A stretch of DNA of 64,000 bases from Ramazzottius varieornatus (Eukaryota > Animalia > Tardigrada). The stretch is taken from the NCBI GenBank assembly GCA_001949185.1, contig BDGG01000003.1, positions 4,585,092 through 4,649,091 of the forward strand. The letters run 5' to 3'. A model generated the notes under the pieces. It had not been told where the DNA came from, searched no databases, and saw only the letters and a list, made by a program, of their open reading frames with translations. Each line of letters starts with the position of its first letter. The stretch's first letter is position 1. Below are positions 1-14,477 of the stretch, one piece after another. A program made the position numbers and the translations under genes.

Positions 1-1066
1 TAACGGGTACTGTTGCCGCCAAGGGAGGCTAAAAGGGAAGAAAACGGGAACTGCGATGATGGCAGCGCGTATCCCAAGTTCCCAACCATTGAATTACTCC
101 CTGTGACTCAGAATACAATGCTATAGCCTTATCACCTTCTTTTGTGACCTACTTTCGCTTCTCCTCAGTCACATTCGATTCACAAGCTTTTCTCCACTAA
201 TGTTGTAATTTGCCCAGTGAAGGGCAAAGTTCAGCAGAGGGGTTCAAACACAAACTTACGAACAAAACCAGCTTCGCAACGACAGCTCGTGCCCAAAAAT
301 ATTAGACCACCTGAAGTGGTTTGACATGGGGTATCAAGTCGCATGCAAGGTTGTATTACTTACTAAGCTCTGCGAGCATTACGTAATAGCCTCACACTGT
401 ATCGGCGGCAACAAGATGCAGACCAGCCAAGCCAGTCTTGGCGTTAGCAGCGTGCGATGTCTGGAGACACGCACCTGCAGCCGTCTTTACAGTAGCTTGT
501 TTCCGACAACTCTCGCTTGATTGATTGATTAAAAGCAGCTGTGCAGTACGCTACAGAGCGTGTATGTGCGGATCAGCCCCATGGCTGCCACTTTCGAAGC
601 TTTCAGGGATATGTACATAATTTCTCCATCATTGGGCGGATAAGCTTTTTGCCAACGAGTTCAGGTTCAGGGATGTCTGTTTGATGAAGGTAGATACGCA
701 CTTCGAAAACTTGTTCGGGTGGTAAAACGCAAAACCTCGTTTCCTGAATAATTTGGTCTCACACCCCTTGGAGTTTGGACGCATTCTCGTATTCAGATAC
801 CCATATACGGTTAGTTGGTATGTCATGTCACGCCCTATAACATACGATGGCATGGGTCACAGGCGGGTTGATTGATTGATTCGCGGTACCTCTAAATCTT
901 ATCGCAAATTCGCCATACACTTTCCAGAAATGTCCAGAAAATAATCTTATTCCGGATTTTCTTCTCTTCTGGAGCTCAATTCTCCGTTTCTCGTTTCTGC
1001 TAGGTCACATTACATCCGGGATTTTTCCAAGGCTGGCCTACGGGACAGGCAAAAGAGTAACGTCGA

Positions 1067-3180
1067 ATGGCAACTACCATGTCTGACGCGGAAATGGAGC
1101 CCCAGGAGCAAAGCGAGCAGCTACCGGTCGACTTCAAGCTGGACGATGCAGACTTGATCGATGTCACGGAGCAGAAAGACAGAGGATGCCTGAAGAAGAT
1201 CCTCAGAGAAGGCACCGGATCCGACACCCCATTTACTGGCTCCAAAGTGACGGTACACTATGTGGGTCGCCTTCTGGACGGAAGCGTCTTCGACTCTAGC
1301 CGTCGACGCAATGAACCCTTTGTGTTCGAGCTTGGAAGACGTAGGTCACGGCCTTCTCTTCGACCCTTCGTCAGAGCAATAGTTGCGGCTGTGTTGCAGG
1401 CAAAGTCATCAAAGGATGGGACGCAGGAGTGGCGACCATGAAGAAGGGAGAGCTTTGCGAGTTGGTTTGCACTCCTGAGTATGCTTATGGCAAACAAGGA
1501 TCAGGTGCTAAGATTCCTCCGGACTCTACGCTAGTCTTCCAAGTTGAGCTAATATCGTGGGAGGTAGATTATTCGATAATATTCTCACTTGCACTTTAGG
1601 GACTTCTCTGCGATCAATTTTTCAAGATGGTTGTAGGTCTTCGGACAACCGGAAGTTGACCCAAGCTTTTGCAAAAGTATGTTGCCGCAGAAGGTTCCAC
1701 TGTATTTTTTGATGTTTTTAGGATGAAGATGTTAGCCCGATTTCTTTCAAGAAGGGTCGGATCATGCGTCGCATCAGGAAAGAAGGCACGGGTTATTCTA
1801 CGCCAAATGACGGCGCAAAGTGTCACGGTACGATTTATAGTTAGAATGAGGCACCGTGCACTGGGTTACTGTTGTTGTCTTTCCAGTGAAAATTGTTGGG
1901 CAGTACGAAGGCAAGACATTCGACGAGCGCGAGGTCGAGTTCATCCTGGGCGAGTGCGAAGAGAGCGGCCTGATTTCTGCGTTTGACCATTTTGTCAAGA
2001 AGATGAAAGAAGGCGAAACTTCGCTGATGACTGCCGACGCTGGTCACGCTTTTGGGAAAGAAGGAAAGCCCGAGTGGGGTATCCCTCCTGATGCCCAGAT
2101 CACTTACGAAGTCACTCTGAAGAAACTCGAAAAAGTACGTATGATATTTACAATGTGACATTACAATGAATGTTGTTTGACGCGACGCTAGCAAACAACA
2201 TGGGCTCGTTTCATCCACCTGCATACAGCGGACGCGTGCGTAATGCGGTATGAAGCATGCAGGTGCACGAAGGACGAGCACGTTGAATTTTGTACTGAGC
2301 TACTTTCCGGCAGTAATTGTTTCTTGGGTAAAATTATTTCGCTGTATTTCGCTGTATTTCGCTGTTGCACGTTTAGGCGAAGGAAGTTTGGGCCATGAGC
2401 GTGGAGGAGAAGATTGAACAAGCGGAGAAACACAAAGAAAAGGGTACCGCTTTTTTCAACGTAAGTGCGGAAGTTTTTCAAGTCCGAATTTTTAACCCCT
2501 TCTGTATCGTTCTGGTTTTGGATACAGAAAGGTAGCTTTGTCACTGCTATCAAGTCGTACGAGCGCATGAAGACACTGCTGGCGACTGATCCGGAGTTCA
2601 AGGATGAGTATGAAGAGCAGCGAAAGAAGCTGATGATCATTTGCCATCTCAACCTGGCCATGACTCATCTGAAGAAAAACGACTTTTCCGCGGCCAGGAA
2701 AGCAGCGGACGAAGCTCTTGCTTTGGATCCGAAGAATGTCAAGGCTCTCTACCGTCGCGGCATGGTAAAGATGAGTTTTGTGATTTCTGCCGATCAACAC
2801 AATATTCTTGGCTCGAGTCATTTGCAATTGGCTGTTCTGAAATTTTTTCTCAGGCTCAAGTTGGCTCGAAAGATTTGGAAGGTGCCAAGGACGATTTCAA
2901 GAAGGTGCTGGAAACTGAGCCGGATAACAAGGCCGCAAAACAGCAACTAGCAGTTTGTATTAAGGGATTGAAAGATTATGCCGAGAAGCAGAAGAAGACT
3001 TTCCAAGGAATGTTTGACAAATTCGCCGCGCAGGATCAAAAAATGGTTGGCAATATTATACGCTCATAATTCCATATCTCCGCTCGACGGTTGACTGTTG
3101 TCTCTCTACAGGCGCCAGTCGAATCTGCTTCCGGGCAGGCTCCATCATCCAACGAGAAGAAGGAAGAGGCCACTGCGTAA
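1067..3180 (+). CDS. FKBP4: FKBP-type peptidyl-prolyl isomerase with TPR repeats (FKBP4/FKBP52-like), multi-exon
   Basis: Two FKBP domains ([35 protein letters not shown]; [20 protein letters not shown]), TPRs ([27 protein letters not shown]) and C-terminal [12 protein letters not shown]; GT-AG introns keep frame. Confidence 0.92.
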
Positions 3181-3709
3181 AGTGCACACAGTAGTCAGAC
3201 GGTTCACAACCACTGCACATTGGTAAGGTACCCACCAAATCTTTCTTTCGCGTATTTCACGTCGATGTTGCTTCCATTGTTGATAGCGCATTCTCATTCC
3301 ACCGGTCGCGAGGTATGGCAAATTTTTTCTGCGCCACGCCCTTCATGTTCTCGTACTTCCTTTCTTTTCACGGTTGCTAATACTGTGGGCGGTATCACAA
3401 TGCTTGTAGCACTTTGCCCATCCTGTGAAAAATGTACGGGTGCTACGAAAATTATATCAGTGTCACATTGGTGAGATGGGATGAAGTGACGCACTTTTAC
3501 GGAAGTCAGCAAATGTCGAGAGGAGCTACGTGTCTTTTCCGAAACTGTGAACGAAATACCGATGGCTCTCGTTCTGCGACATTGCTGTCAGTATTATAGT
3601 ACCGTAATGGATTAGGCCATCTACCGTTTGAACTGTAAAGACTGAGTGGGTAAAGACCTCAAAATATCGGGACATTTTGAAGAAGGACTTCCAGGTAACC
3701 GGAAATGAT

Positions 3710-6209
3710 ATGGAAATCTTGGTACTGTTGCCATTTTCATTTTTCGCGCTATTGTCAGCTTTGGCGCAAGACTCTACAGGTATGGAACGAAATCCTATCG
3801 CTAAATAGTCGAAGAAATTTCACCCTAAACTTCGGGCATCTTTTGTATTCAGGACCAACCGGCGCATCGATAGTCCCAGTAGTGGGTTCCTGTCACAAGA
3901 TCGTGTCAGGCACGGCCACGACTGGGAAGGTGAGGTCCCATGACGGGTTCCCGAGCTCTCCTTACAGCCCCGGATATCAATGTCGAACCGTTATTTCGGT
4001 GCCATTCGGACGAACCGTCGAAGTAACTGTCGGCGGAAACAATTCCACAGCTGGACTTCGTCCATGGGACTACGCTGTTTTGGTCGACGGAAGCGTCAGC
4101 CGGAAGTTGAGTTTCATGTGCGATGTGGACAAATACAAAAAAGCCCTCGGTCGAAGTAAGCAACATTTTTCTCGTATGCCTCAGGGTGCAACTAAATATT
4201 TTCGCCGTTTTGCAGATGGGGAGCATTTTGTGGGTAAGTCGAAGCAAGTCTGTCAAACTATTTGGAAAGTGGCGCACACTATCAGGCAGTAACACTGTAA
4301 GCGTGCGCCACCTGAGAAGGCAATCTTGTCGACGTTCGAGATCGTTTCCCAAATGGCGTACGCTCTCGACCAAGATCAATTAAAATGTGCGCCACTTGAG
4401 ATAACAATCTGGATGAAATCATTTGCCGACATTGGAGTTTTCCATCACGAAAAAGCCTTTGTACTTAGCGATCGTACAGAAGTCTTTGGCGGTTACAAGA
4501 ACGTTCAAGAGCTCCACGCAGACTATTGTCATCGATTTCTGTGTCCATAAGTTCGACAAGGAACTGGGTAACCGGAAGGGTTTCGAAATCGAATACAGTT
4601 CCTCTGTTGAGGAAGATTCATCTGCCGAAGGTCCTCCTCATGCAGTGGCCTTATCAGATATGGACGCCGACGGAGAACTGCCAGGAAGAGCTCATCCAAA
4701 TGAGCCTGTGTATACCGGTCTTTCCAAACCGGGCAGCTTTAGGCAACTGACCTGCGGTCGTCCAAAGAATTCTCCGTCCAGTAACCCTAACCGAATCATC
4801 AATGGCGTGCTGGCTAGGAAGAATAGCTGGCCATGGATTGGCGCAATGATGCGGGAGCCAGACTTCCAGTTTTGCGGAAGCTCCCTTGTAAGCACACAAA
4901 CACCGCATGTCTGTCGTAATTAGCTAGATCCATTTTTTATGGACCTACATACAATTTGCTGTCTCAGCGAGACTTCGTATGCAATTCGTGAAAATTTGTT
5001 GCCAATGGTGTCCAAGCAAGATGGTCAACTCTTAAGAACCTGCATACATGGAACCATGTTGCTTCGCGGGTTCTTGTACGCAGGTGGCCGAAGAAGTCGA
5101 GTGTTGGCAAAGTTGCTGTCCTTTGTTCGCTCGGCTTTCGGCTAGGTTGCCGACTTCAGATATGAAATAAGACGGAATATTTCTGTAGATTAGTGACCAA
5201 TGGGTGCTGACCGCCGGACACTGCATCGACAGCTTCACCGATGACAAAATTATAGAAACGGTCAAGATTATCTTCGGAGTAGAGGACCTAACCGCTGCCA
5301 CACCCGCCAACAAGTACCGAGTGACGAAAGTTATTCGCCATGAGAAATACAATAATCCAGTTGGATCTACCAGTAACGACATCGCTTTACTCAAATTAGA
5401 CCGTAAAGTCCACATATCCAACGATACCATGCCAGCCTGCTTGCCTACTAAATCTGTCTTCGAGAAACCCTACGTCCAAACTGCCCCGAATAACCGGCGC
5501 ATCTGTTACGTTGCAGGTATTGAACAGACCGGTCACCTGAATTTTCCTCCCTTGTTGGCTTTCTATCCTAGTTTTCCCGTTGCAGGTTGGGGCCATCTGG
5601 TTAGCGGACAGCATGGAGGTACAGTATTACCAAGTCGTATCCGTATTCTGTCAAAGACTTCCTAACGTTCCTTTTTTATTACAGATACCGGAGGGAAGAT
5701 CGGAGCAGGGACTGATCAATTGCAGCAAGTCGCCCTGGAAATCATGTCAACTGATGACTGCAAGGCTTTCTTGAAGGGCTTATACACGGAGAAGACTGTA
5801 AGTCTAATAGCAGACTCGGCTGCCGTAGCCAAAGCTCCGTGTTTCTTCAATAGGAGACAGTGGCAACAGACACTGTTTCTTTTGGCTTTAACTTAGTTCT
5901 GCGCCGGGCATGACAGCGGCAAGTACGATTCGTGTCGAGGAGACTCGGGCGGGCCGGTTGTCTGTGACGACGGACCTGAACATGGATGGTCCCTGCATGG
6001 AATAGGTACCCCAAGGCTCTTGATTTCTTTTACACAGATGTCACGCTAATCAGTGTGACACCGATATTCCTCTGGAGTGTCCAGTTGTTTATCAGAGGTA
6101 CTAATTCGCAGTGTCATGGGGATTTGGCTGCGGTCAACCAAAGGCACCTGCTGCCCATACGCATGTGGCACTAATGCTGGACTGGATCTACGCGAATATC
6201 CCATCGTGA
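3710..6209 (+). CDS. Secreted CUB-domain trypsin-like (S1) serine protease
   Basis: Signal peptide [19 protein letters not shown]; CUB-like segments; activation site R|IING..SWPW; catalytic motifs [22 protein letters not shown]; SWGFGC. Exon junctions at 4156-4470 are ambiguous. Confidence 0.85.
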
Positions 6210-6660
6210 TTTTCATACGGAATAGTCAGAAATTCGCCGTTCGCCGTCGCATCCATAATTTGTTCTTGATGATTCATTGAACACCACGCAGTGTCTGTTT
6301 GGACTTTACAGTGAAAATTTTAGAACTGGGCTAGAATATTCTTCAAGGGGTTCTGGACCAACGTTAGTCATACGTTTTGAGCCTGCAAAATTGGTTAGTG
6401 GCAAGTGTATCACACAAAAAATGTTTTAGCACTCTTCTTCGAACCGACAGAAATCAGACAACCAAAAAAGACATGCAGCTACTGTAGAAAACATTCATTC
6501 ATTCCACCGGCAACCAAGAAAAATACCGTATAAATTACAAGATAACTAAAAAGAAACCGAGGCCAACTGAAAGTCACATTGGGTGCGCTCATTGCGGCGA
6601 GCAGGAGTTGAAAACTAGGGAAAAAAAGAATGGAATGAGAAATCATGATAACTGAGGAAT

Positions 6661-9318
6661 TCAACGGTGAGATCTATACGGAGGATTCAAACGCCTACTC
6701 GAAGATTCCGGGTCTTTCATTAACGGTTTAGACACCGAGACTTCTAACACAGGCGGGGACGGCGTAGCTTCCTTCTGTCTCTCAAACATTTTGAGATTGT
6801 CGTTGAGGGCTTCCGCCTTGGCTAACCAGTCGGATATCTGCTTCTGCAGCTTTGACCGCTTGTCTCCAAAGGGCATACCTGCTAAAAGTGGTCAAACACC
6901 GACCAGACAAGAACGCTCAAGGGACAGGAAACCACCACCCAGAGAATACAGAGATTACAGTGAGAAATCACCACATGCAGGACGAACATGCGAGGAGAAG
7001 CGACTTACCTTTCGTGAAACGAATGAGTCGTTCTATAGCCACTTCGTAATATTCCACAGCGACCTTGTCATGGCCTTGAGACTCCTGCAGACAACCAACC
7101 CATAACAAAAAAGACGATGGTGGAGCATCAGTAGTCGTGGGAAAATTGGCTAGATAATTATAATGAGATATGAGAGGCCAGCAAACGAAAAGTACACAAA
7201 TTGTCCTCTAACGTGGCGCACGCTTCTAGTCGATAACTAAGAAGGCGTGCGCCACTTATTTTATGTGACGCAGTTGTTCATTGAGATTAAACGAGAGCAT
7301 GCGCCACTCTGGAAAAAAAGGACCGGCTTTCCATATTTTGGGTGCTGGGTTAACATTGCCCCTTTTCTATGAGAAGGCCTGTCAAGTTGGTGCCGGACAC
7401 AGTCTCGCCAAGGTACCTCGCAGAAAAAGGGCAGCGCTAAATAACCCCGAAAACAGGACTTTTTCTTACCATGTATTCAGCTGTACAGCCAGACTCGAGC
7501 GCGGCAACGATGGCGGGTTGGTCCTCGAAAATACGTTTTAGATAGTCGGTCGATGTTTCATCGATGTATTCAATGTCATGAAGGAACGTGGAAGACGGCG
7601 ATTGTTCGGTGCTGACTTTGCGCTTGCTTCGGACTTTCTGTTTCAGCTCTTCGGTCCGGTTCATCATACGCTGGACTTTGTCTTTCAAGGCCTTCTTCTT
7701 GACTTCATTCTTCTCATCTGGAAGATCAATATTTCATACGGAAGAAACCAAGAAAACGAGTCGGTGCTTACAGGTAAGAGCGACGACTAAGTAGTCGAGG
7801 CATTCGAGATACTTCTTGATGGCGCTGTTGTAGTCTTCGAACTTGTCGAACTGTTGGGCTAGTTTGGCCAACTCAGCCTGTATTTTAATTGCAAAAATAG
7901 ACAAGCTGATCAACTGACAAGGTGGGAAGATAAGTTCATTCTCACCGCTTTTTCGTTGTTTTCTTCAGAGGGAAAGTGTTCAAAGTCTAGGAAAGGGTGA
8001 GCAAAGAAACTCTCAAAGGATATTCTCTGCCTGGGATCTTTCTGCAGCAGCCGCTTTAGCAAATCACAGCAATTGTCCGATATCTTCACGTCAGTAGGTA
8101 TCGCCACGGGGGAACTATCGGTAATTTTAAGGACGAGTTCTTCGATGGACTTGGAAGTGTAGGGAGCTTTGCCAAACAAACATTCTGCAACCCGAAGTCT
8201 TCGTCAAAATAGGGTAAAGTAGGCAAAAGCTAGGCTTACCGTAGAATATGACTCCTACCGACCATAAATCCACTCGCGCATCGTAGGACCTGCTCGTGAA
8301 CATTTCAGGAGCCTGGAGAAAAAACATGCCACAGTGAGCACGTTTAGCATTCGCATCTGTGAGTCTGCCACTTACCATGTACAAAGGTGAGCCACGCAGA
8401 TCAGTCGCTCCATCAGTCGGTTTCAAATACTGAGCAAATCCGAAATCTACACAAAAGGTGCGCCAATTTCTTTCACTGTAGTGTAGGAGCGAAGGGAACG
8501 AACCACAGAAATTATGTCTTACCCGCAATCTTGATGAAGGGTTCTCTGCTGGAAGACAGCAAGATGTTTTTGGGTTTCAGGTCCATGTGCGCCACATTCT
8601 TCGATCGCAAGAACTGCAGAGCTTTCCCTAAACAGAACATGGATACCGTCGACAGGTTCGCGCTAGGGTACAGACGAAATACTGCAGTGATATACTGCTG
8701 CTATCCGTCATAAAATCTTTAATAGTGCTATCGTCTAACAGAATTGGTATTAATACCGATCTGCTGAAGAAGCCTCCTGCTAGGCACTTCCGGTAGCCGT
8801 CTCCGGCTCTTGATGAAGGTGGAAAGGTCTCCGTCTGGGGCATACTCCAGGATCAGGTAAATATAGTCGGCATCCCACTGCAGCAGAGAAAAACCAAGCT
8901 AATTTATTGACAACCGGAAGTGCAAGATAAGAATTAATAGCCTTGTCGACAATCCAGCTGAATTAAGATAGGGTTGTTACTTCCCGTGAAGTCTTTCATC
9001 TCCACGATAAAGTCATGCTTGATAGACTTCAGGATTTCGATCTCCAACAGCAGGTTCTCAATCGACGCGGGATTCAGTTTGGACTTTTGGATCCGTTTCA
9101 GCGCCACAGTTTCCTTGATCGTCTAAATAACAAAACCATCAATAGTACACCGCCGTGCCAGGTGTTTTACACAGATGCCTTACCTTCCAGAAAGCCTTGA
9201 AGACTACCGCATACGATCCAGATCCAAGTCGCTCCTGAAGGACAAAGTCGGTGATAAGGGGACGCTCCGAAGCTGGACTCTTCCCTCCAATCGTCGATCG
9301 CGGCCGATGGTTTGCCAT
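6661..9318 (-). CDS. ULK3: Serine/threonine kinase ULK3 (kinase plus MIT-like C-terminal domains)
   Basis: LGSGSYAVVFKA, HMDLKPKNILL, DFGFAQYL..LRGSPLYMAPEM, YDARVDLWSVGVI; helical MIT-like tails (KVQRMMNRTEELK; ISDWLAKAEAL). Confidence 0.88.
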
Positions 9319-9780
9319 GCTTCTTCAGGGGATCTATGTACGGGATCGTCAGGCATACTCTAGTTCCGACCACCTAAAACACACGATCATGGTAATGTTC
9401 AAACCGCAAGATAGTGGTTTGTGCTGACGCTTCTAGTTCCACAGCTCGTTGAAGATGAACAATCGCCTAACCGTAAAATGAACAACAGAGTTCACCTGGA
9501 TGACTCAGTGTTGAAGGTTCAATGAGGGTCCATGAGTCATACAGGTACTTATGTGAAGTGGTGGGCGACGTACGTACAACCATTCAATCTTATGATGTCA
9601 CCCATGGACAAGAAACCACAACAAATCAATGGGCTTCCGTTGATTGAAACTTGGTCATTTCGGTTTCTGGCTCCTGATTTTACTTGGAAGAGCTGGAGGA
9701 CTGGTGCAAGATGCTGCATCGATGGAGGTGATACAGGACCTAGGTGAGAGTCTGCAGGGCGCTGATAACAAGGATCCTCG

Positions 9781-12700
9781 ATGATGTTGTGGCTGACGGC
9801 GCTGGCTGTGGTGGTCCACCTGGTCTTCTTGAAGGCCATCTTCGATGTCTACTTCGTCTCTCCTCTTGTCCACGGCATGACTCCTCAGCCGATGCAAGGC
9901 GAACCTCCAGCTAAGCGGCTAGTATTGGTCTCGTGCGATGGACTACGAGCGGACAAGTTCTTCGAAAAAAATGCAGAAGGGAACTATCGCATGCCGTACT
10001 TGAAGAAGATGGCCGAGTTGGGCACCCAAGGTGAAAACCGAGACGCTTTTCCAAGTGGCGCACACTTTCAGCTAACAACAACAGTAACGTGCGCCACTAG
10101 GATTGATTATCGTCTTCTGTTCATTTGCTGACATCCTGGAACAATGTCTCGCAAATTATATCAATCGCGTGATGCAGGAACCTTCTCGTAGGTGTCAGCA
10201 GTACGCGGGTTCCGACCGAGTCTAGGCCAGGACACGTAGCCATGATTGGAGGCTTCTACGAAGACGTCAGCGCGGTAACGAAAGGCTGGAAGGACAACCC
10301 TGTGGACTTTGACTCTGTCTTCAACCAAAGCCGGTACCAACTTCTGAATCCAAGCATAGTATTTTGCTTTATCCTCCCTTCCCTCAACAGGTATACCTGG
10401 GCGTGGGGTAGTCCTGACATCGTGCCCATCTTCAGCAGAGTAAAGACAAGTTCCGGAGAGTTACATCGTATTCCCCACATCTTCCCTCATACATACACTT
10501 CAGAGTTCGAGGACTTCGTCGCGTCGCCTATCGAGACGGACTTCTGGGTCTTCGATAGATTCACGGTGAGCAAAAACCTAACCACAGCCAGACTTACTCT
10601 GAAGTCATACTGAAGTCGCGCTTTTGCTTAGGAGTTCTCTGATGCTGCAAAGAAGGACCCGGCGCTGCAAGAAAAGCTAAACTCTGATCGCGTTGTCCTT
10701 TTCTTCCATTTACTCGGAATGGATACGACTGGCCACACTCATAAGCCCCAAAGCAAGTTAGTCCGTCGTTTTAATACGAATCTTTCCTCATCGTCTACCT
10801 GAAAAGTATAGATTTTCCATTTATACAGGTTGTACGATGAGAATATGCGCCTAATAGACGAGCGAATGCGTACTTTGGTTGAGCAGATCGAGGCGCTATT
10901 CGCTCATGATAATCGAACGGCCTTCCTGTTCACATCGGACCACGGGATGACGGACTGGGGTATACTTCCGCTTCCTTCCTTCTGACATGGAACTGTTCGA
11001 TAGCACTTCCGTTTTAGGTTCGCATGGTTCGGGGCAGGTTGAGGAGATCGCTACGCCGTTCGTTGCATGGGGTGCTGGCATTGCGCGGAACAGACAAATG
11101 GTCGACATTGAGCAGGCCGACTTGACGCCGCTGATGTCGGCTCTTCTTGGGCAAGCCATACCGGTTCATTCAGTGGTAAGATATCCTGTATTGGCATTCG
11201 GCAAATGATTTCACCCAGATCGTTGTTTCGAGCGGCGCACGTTTCCATTGTTAGTGGTCTAGAGCATGCGCCACGTGGAAAACCATCAGGGCGAATTTAC
11301 TGTATTTGCCGACGCCGCATTCCGTTTGATAAATTTCCTCTAGCGACGCGATTTGGTTGTTTACCCTTCCAGGGAGTTCTACCGCTTGCGTATTTGGCCA
11401 CTAGCGCGGCATATAAGAAGTCTTCCGCCCTGACTAACATCAAGCAGATATTCGAAAAAGTCCACGTCAAAAAGAACCAGAAACGCTCCGAATCTTTTGC
11501 GTGGTCGTTCAAGCCTTTTGGGTAGGTGAAACCTTACTCCACCTTTTATAATGGTATGAACTAGCACTGTGCGCTTTCTGCCGCAGGAAGATGGATGAAG
11601 ATGAGTTGAAGGCTAGGCTCATGGCCTTGGAAGATGCAACGAGTGCTTCTGCTGATCAGTCTGCGGTAATTCGTGCGTTTTCATGATTGTGTTGTCGTTG
11701 TTTGAGGTATATCAGTCGCGATTTGCCTTTCAGGAAGAAATACTGGCATCGTTGATTCACACAGGCCTGGAAGCGCTTACGTACTATCAGGAATACGATC
11801 GAAATTACCTTAGGTCAGTGAGTATTCTGTAAACGCCGAAGTACTTTTGGTTGAACATGTTTGCCTCGAAATTTTACCCGTATCTCGCAACTGACCCTCC
11901 GTTGTCGTATAATTCCAGATGCTTGGTTGCGCTGTGCTTTCTTGGGTGGATGGTCCTATCTTTGCTTCAGATATTCGAAGGGTCTTCAGGGCGAGGAGCA
12001 AGCGCACACTGGAGCGTGAAGCGTCCTTTTCTTCTGGGCGGAATAGCGGCCAGTTTCGGGGTGATGACGATATTAGTCGGTGCGTATGACAATGTGGTTC
12101 CGTCTCCGTGTGAATACGAGCAGCAAACTCGGCAAGATTGTTTTCTTAAGTGGCGCACGATCGCAGCCAACAAGACGGAAAACATGCGCAGCTTGGGAAA
12201 CCTTGCCGAGTTTATTTACCGACTTCGCATGTTTCGCTGTTCTCTTCGATGTTTACAAGTGCTTCATCTGCTTGGTCCTTAACACGGGTATGATTTCTAC
12301 CAATAGCTCAGAATTCTCCGGGGATCCATTACCTGTACACTCTTCTGCCAGTCCTTCTATGGACGATTGTTCTCTACAAGATCTTCGCTGGACGGTTTCG
12401 GCTGAGAGACGCTGGTCCGATGCTTCTGCCAGCCGCCACGTTGGCCCTGGGCACTGAGATCCTTGTTTTGACGTTCTTCTATCGACCAGCAGTGTCAGTG
12501 GGCATGTTGATGAGCGGTCTATGGACCTACTTTACGGCTCGCCACTTGTCGACAAGATTGCGCCTGGCATGGCTCGGTACTTCCGTGTTGGTAGCTTTAT
12601 TCCCGCTGCTGCCTGTCGTCGGATCTTCCAGAAACCCCCACTTGGTGTGAGTGAAGCATGAAGTCTCAGAGAACGAAAGTAGCTGATCGACACGTAAAAG

Positions 12701-14260
12701 GCCGACAAACAGACTCTAGGAGATCGTTTTTCTCAGTGGCGCGCGCTTTCTAGCCAAAGACACTGATAGAGTGCGCCACTTGGAAGACAATCCTGTCGAG
12801 CTTGTTTGCCGACCTCCTACAGTATACTTATTTCGGAATAAGCATAAATCATCTTGCAGAATGATTGCTGGTATTTTGAGCGTAGTAGCAATGGGATATC
12901 TTCACAACATGGACCGACAGTTCCTTCAGTGGGATCTTCAGGCGTATGGAGTCACAACGCTACAGATTCTCGTGGTTATTCTGTGCAGTTTCTTAGTAGT
13001 CATCACGTCGAACCGAGTGGACGCACACGTTTCACCAGGAACTTATGTACACGTTACGAGCTGGGTCATTTGGGGTAGCTGACACTCTATCTGCTGTAGA
13101 TTAGTTGTTTTGTACTTAGGAACGTTTGGTCTTTGAAGGTACTGGGTTCTTCATTCCCTTCTTCGGTTCAACACTTCTGCTGTGGCGTTACATCAGTATC
13201 GCTTCTAGCCTTATAGCTTCGTACCTGCTGATGAGTGTGTCTCACGAAGCGTTCTTCTTACTCGCGTTGATTGTCCACTGTTACATGTGGATCGTGGTGG
13301 AAACGCAGCACGCAGCCAGAAGGCCGGTACTGCGGAACATGACGATCTTTGACGTTGCTTCCCAGTCAACTTTCGCCGAACCGAGACAGCCTAACCTGGA
13401 CGACGCTCGTCGGGCATTCCTCTACCTCTTTTTCATACTCATGTCCTTCTACGGGACCGGAAACATTGCCAGTAATACGCTTTTTGGGGTCTGATTGAGA
13501 AGCTGGCAAACGGAACGCGCAAGATCGTTTCCTAAGCGGCGCACACTCTTAGTTCACAACAATGAAATAGTGCGCCACTTGGGGCAGCGATCTTTTACGT
13601 TTGGTTCTCCGATCTCCCAGTTATCGGAACCAAATGACAACAACTTTGATCTTCTCCTTTCAGGTATCAACAGTTTCGATCCAGCAGCGACCTTTTGCTT
13701 CGTAACAGTTTTCCGGCCGTTCGTGATGGGTCTGATACTGATGTGCAAGGTTGCCATTCCCTTCTTGATAGTCGGGTGCGCTTTCCACGTCATTCAAGCT
13801 GTGTGCCAAGTTCCCGTGCAGACTATGAGTCTGATCGTCATGCTCATCACAGACTTTATGGCATTGGTAGGTTGCTTATTCCAGTCTTCGAAAACTATGG
13901 AAAAATTTGCTTAATTCTCGGCCAAAATACACTGCTATTTGACCATATCCTTTTCCTGAGCGGCGCATTTGTCCAGTGGTTTTGGTTGGAAGCATGCGTC
14001 ACTCGAGGAAACTGTAGAGTTGAACCGCTTACCGAGCTCTAATTTCGCGTTATGATTACCGTTTACTTTTCCAGCACTTTTTCTTCTTGGTGAAAACCGA
14101 AGGCAGCTGGCTGGATATCGGCACGACAATCTCTCACTACCTGATGGTGATGATACTGACTTTGTTTACTTGCTCGTTAAATTTGATATCTTCGCTTTTG
14201 ATGTCCAAACATGTTCGTTTGCTTGATCTGAATACGTTAATTCTTAAGTCAAAGAAATGA
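9781..14260 (+). CDS. PIGN: GPI ethanolamine-phosphate transferase 1
   Basis: [105 protein letters not shown]. Confidence 0.95.
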
Positions 14261-14477
14261 AAGCTAACTTTTAGGTTTTACTTTGATATTTTTATCAACT
14301 ACATTATGATTGAAATTGTGACGTGTAACTCTAAAACAATAAAAGATCGTGGGGACACTAAGTACAAAAATATAAAAAAAGAGTATGAAAAATACAACTC
14401 ATATTTGAAAGAAACGGCCGGAGTTAGCTTGAGCATTGACGACGCACCGCATACCAACAACAGAGAGTTTCAGAAAG

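Noticed and set aside
4217-4234. 18-nt micro-exon in the CUB domain (one frame reads GAFCG)
   Set aside because: Splice phases for that frame do not fit the flanking exons; unresolved without cDNA
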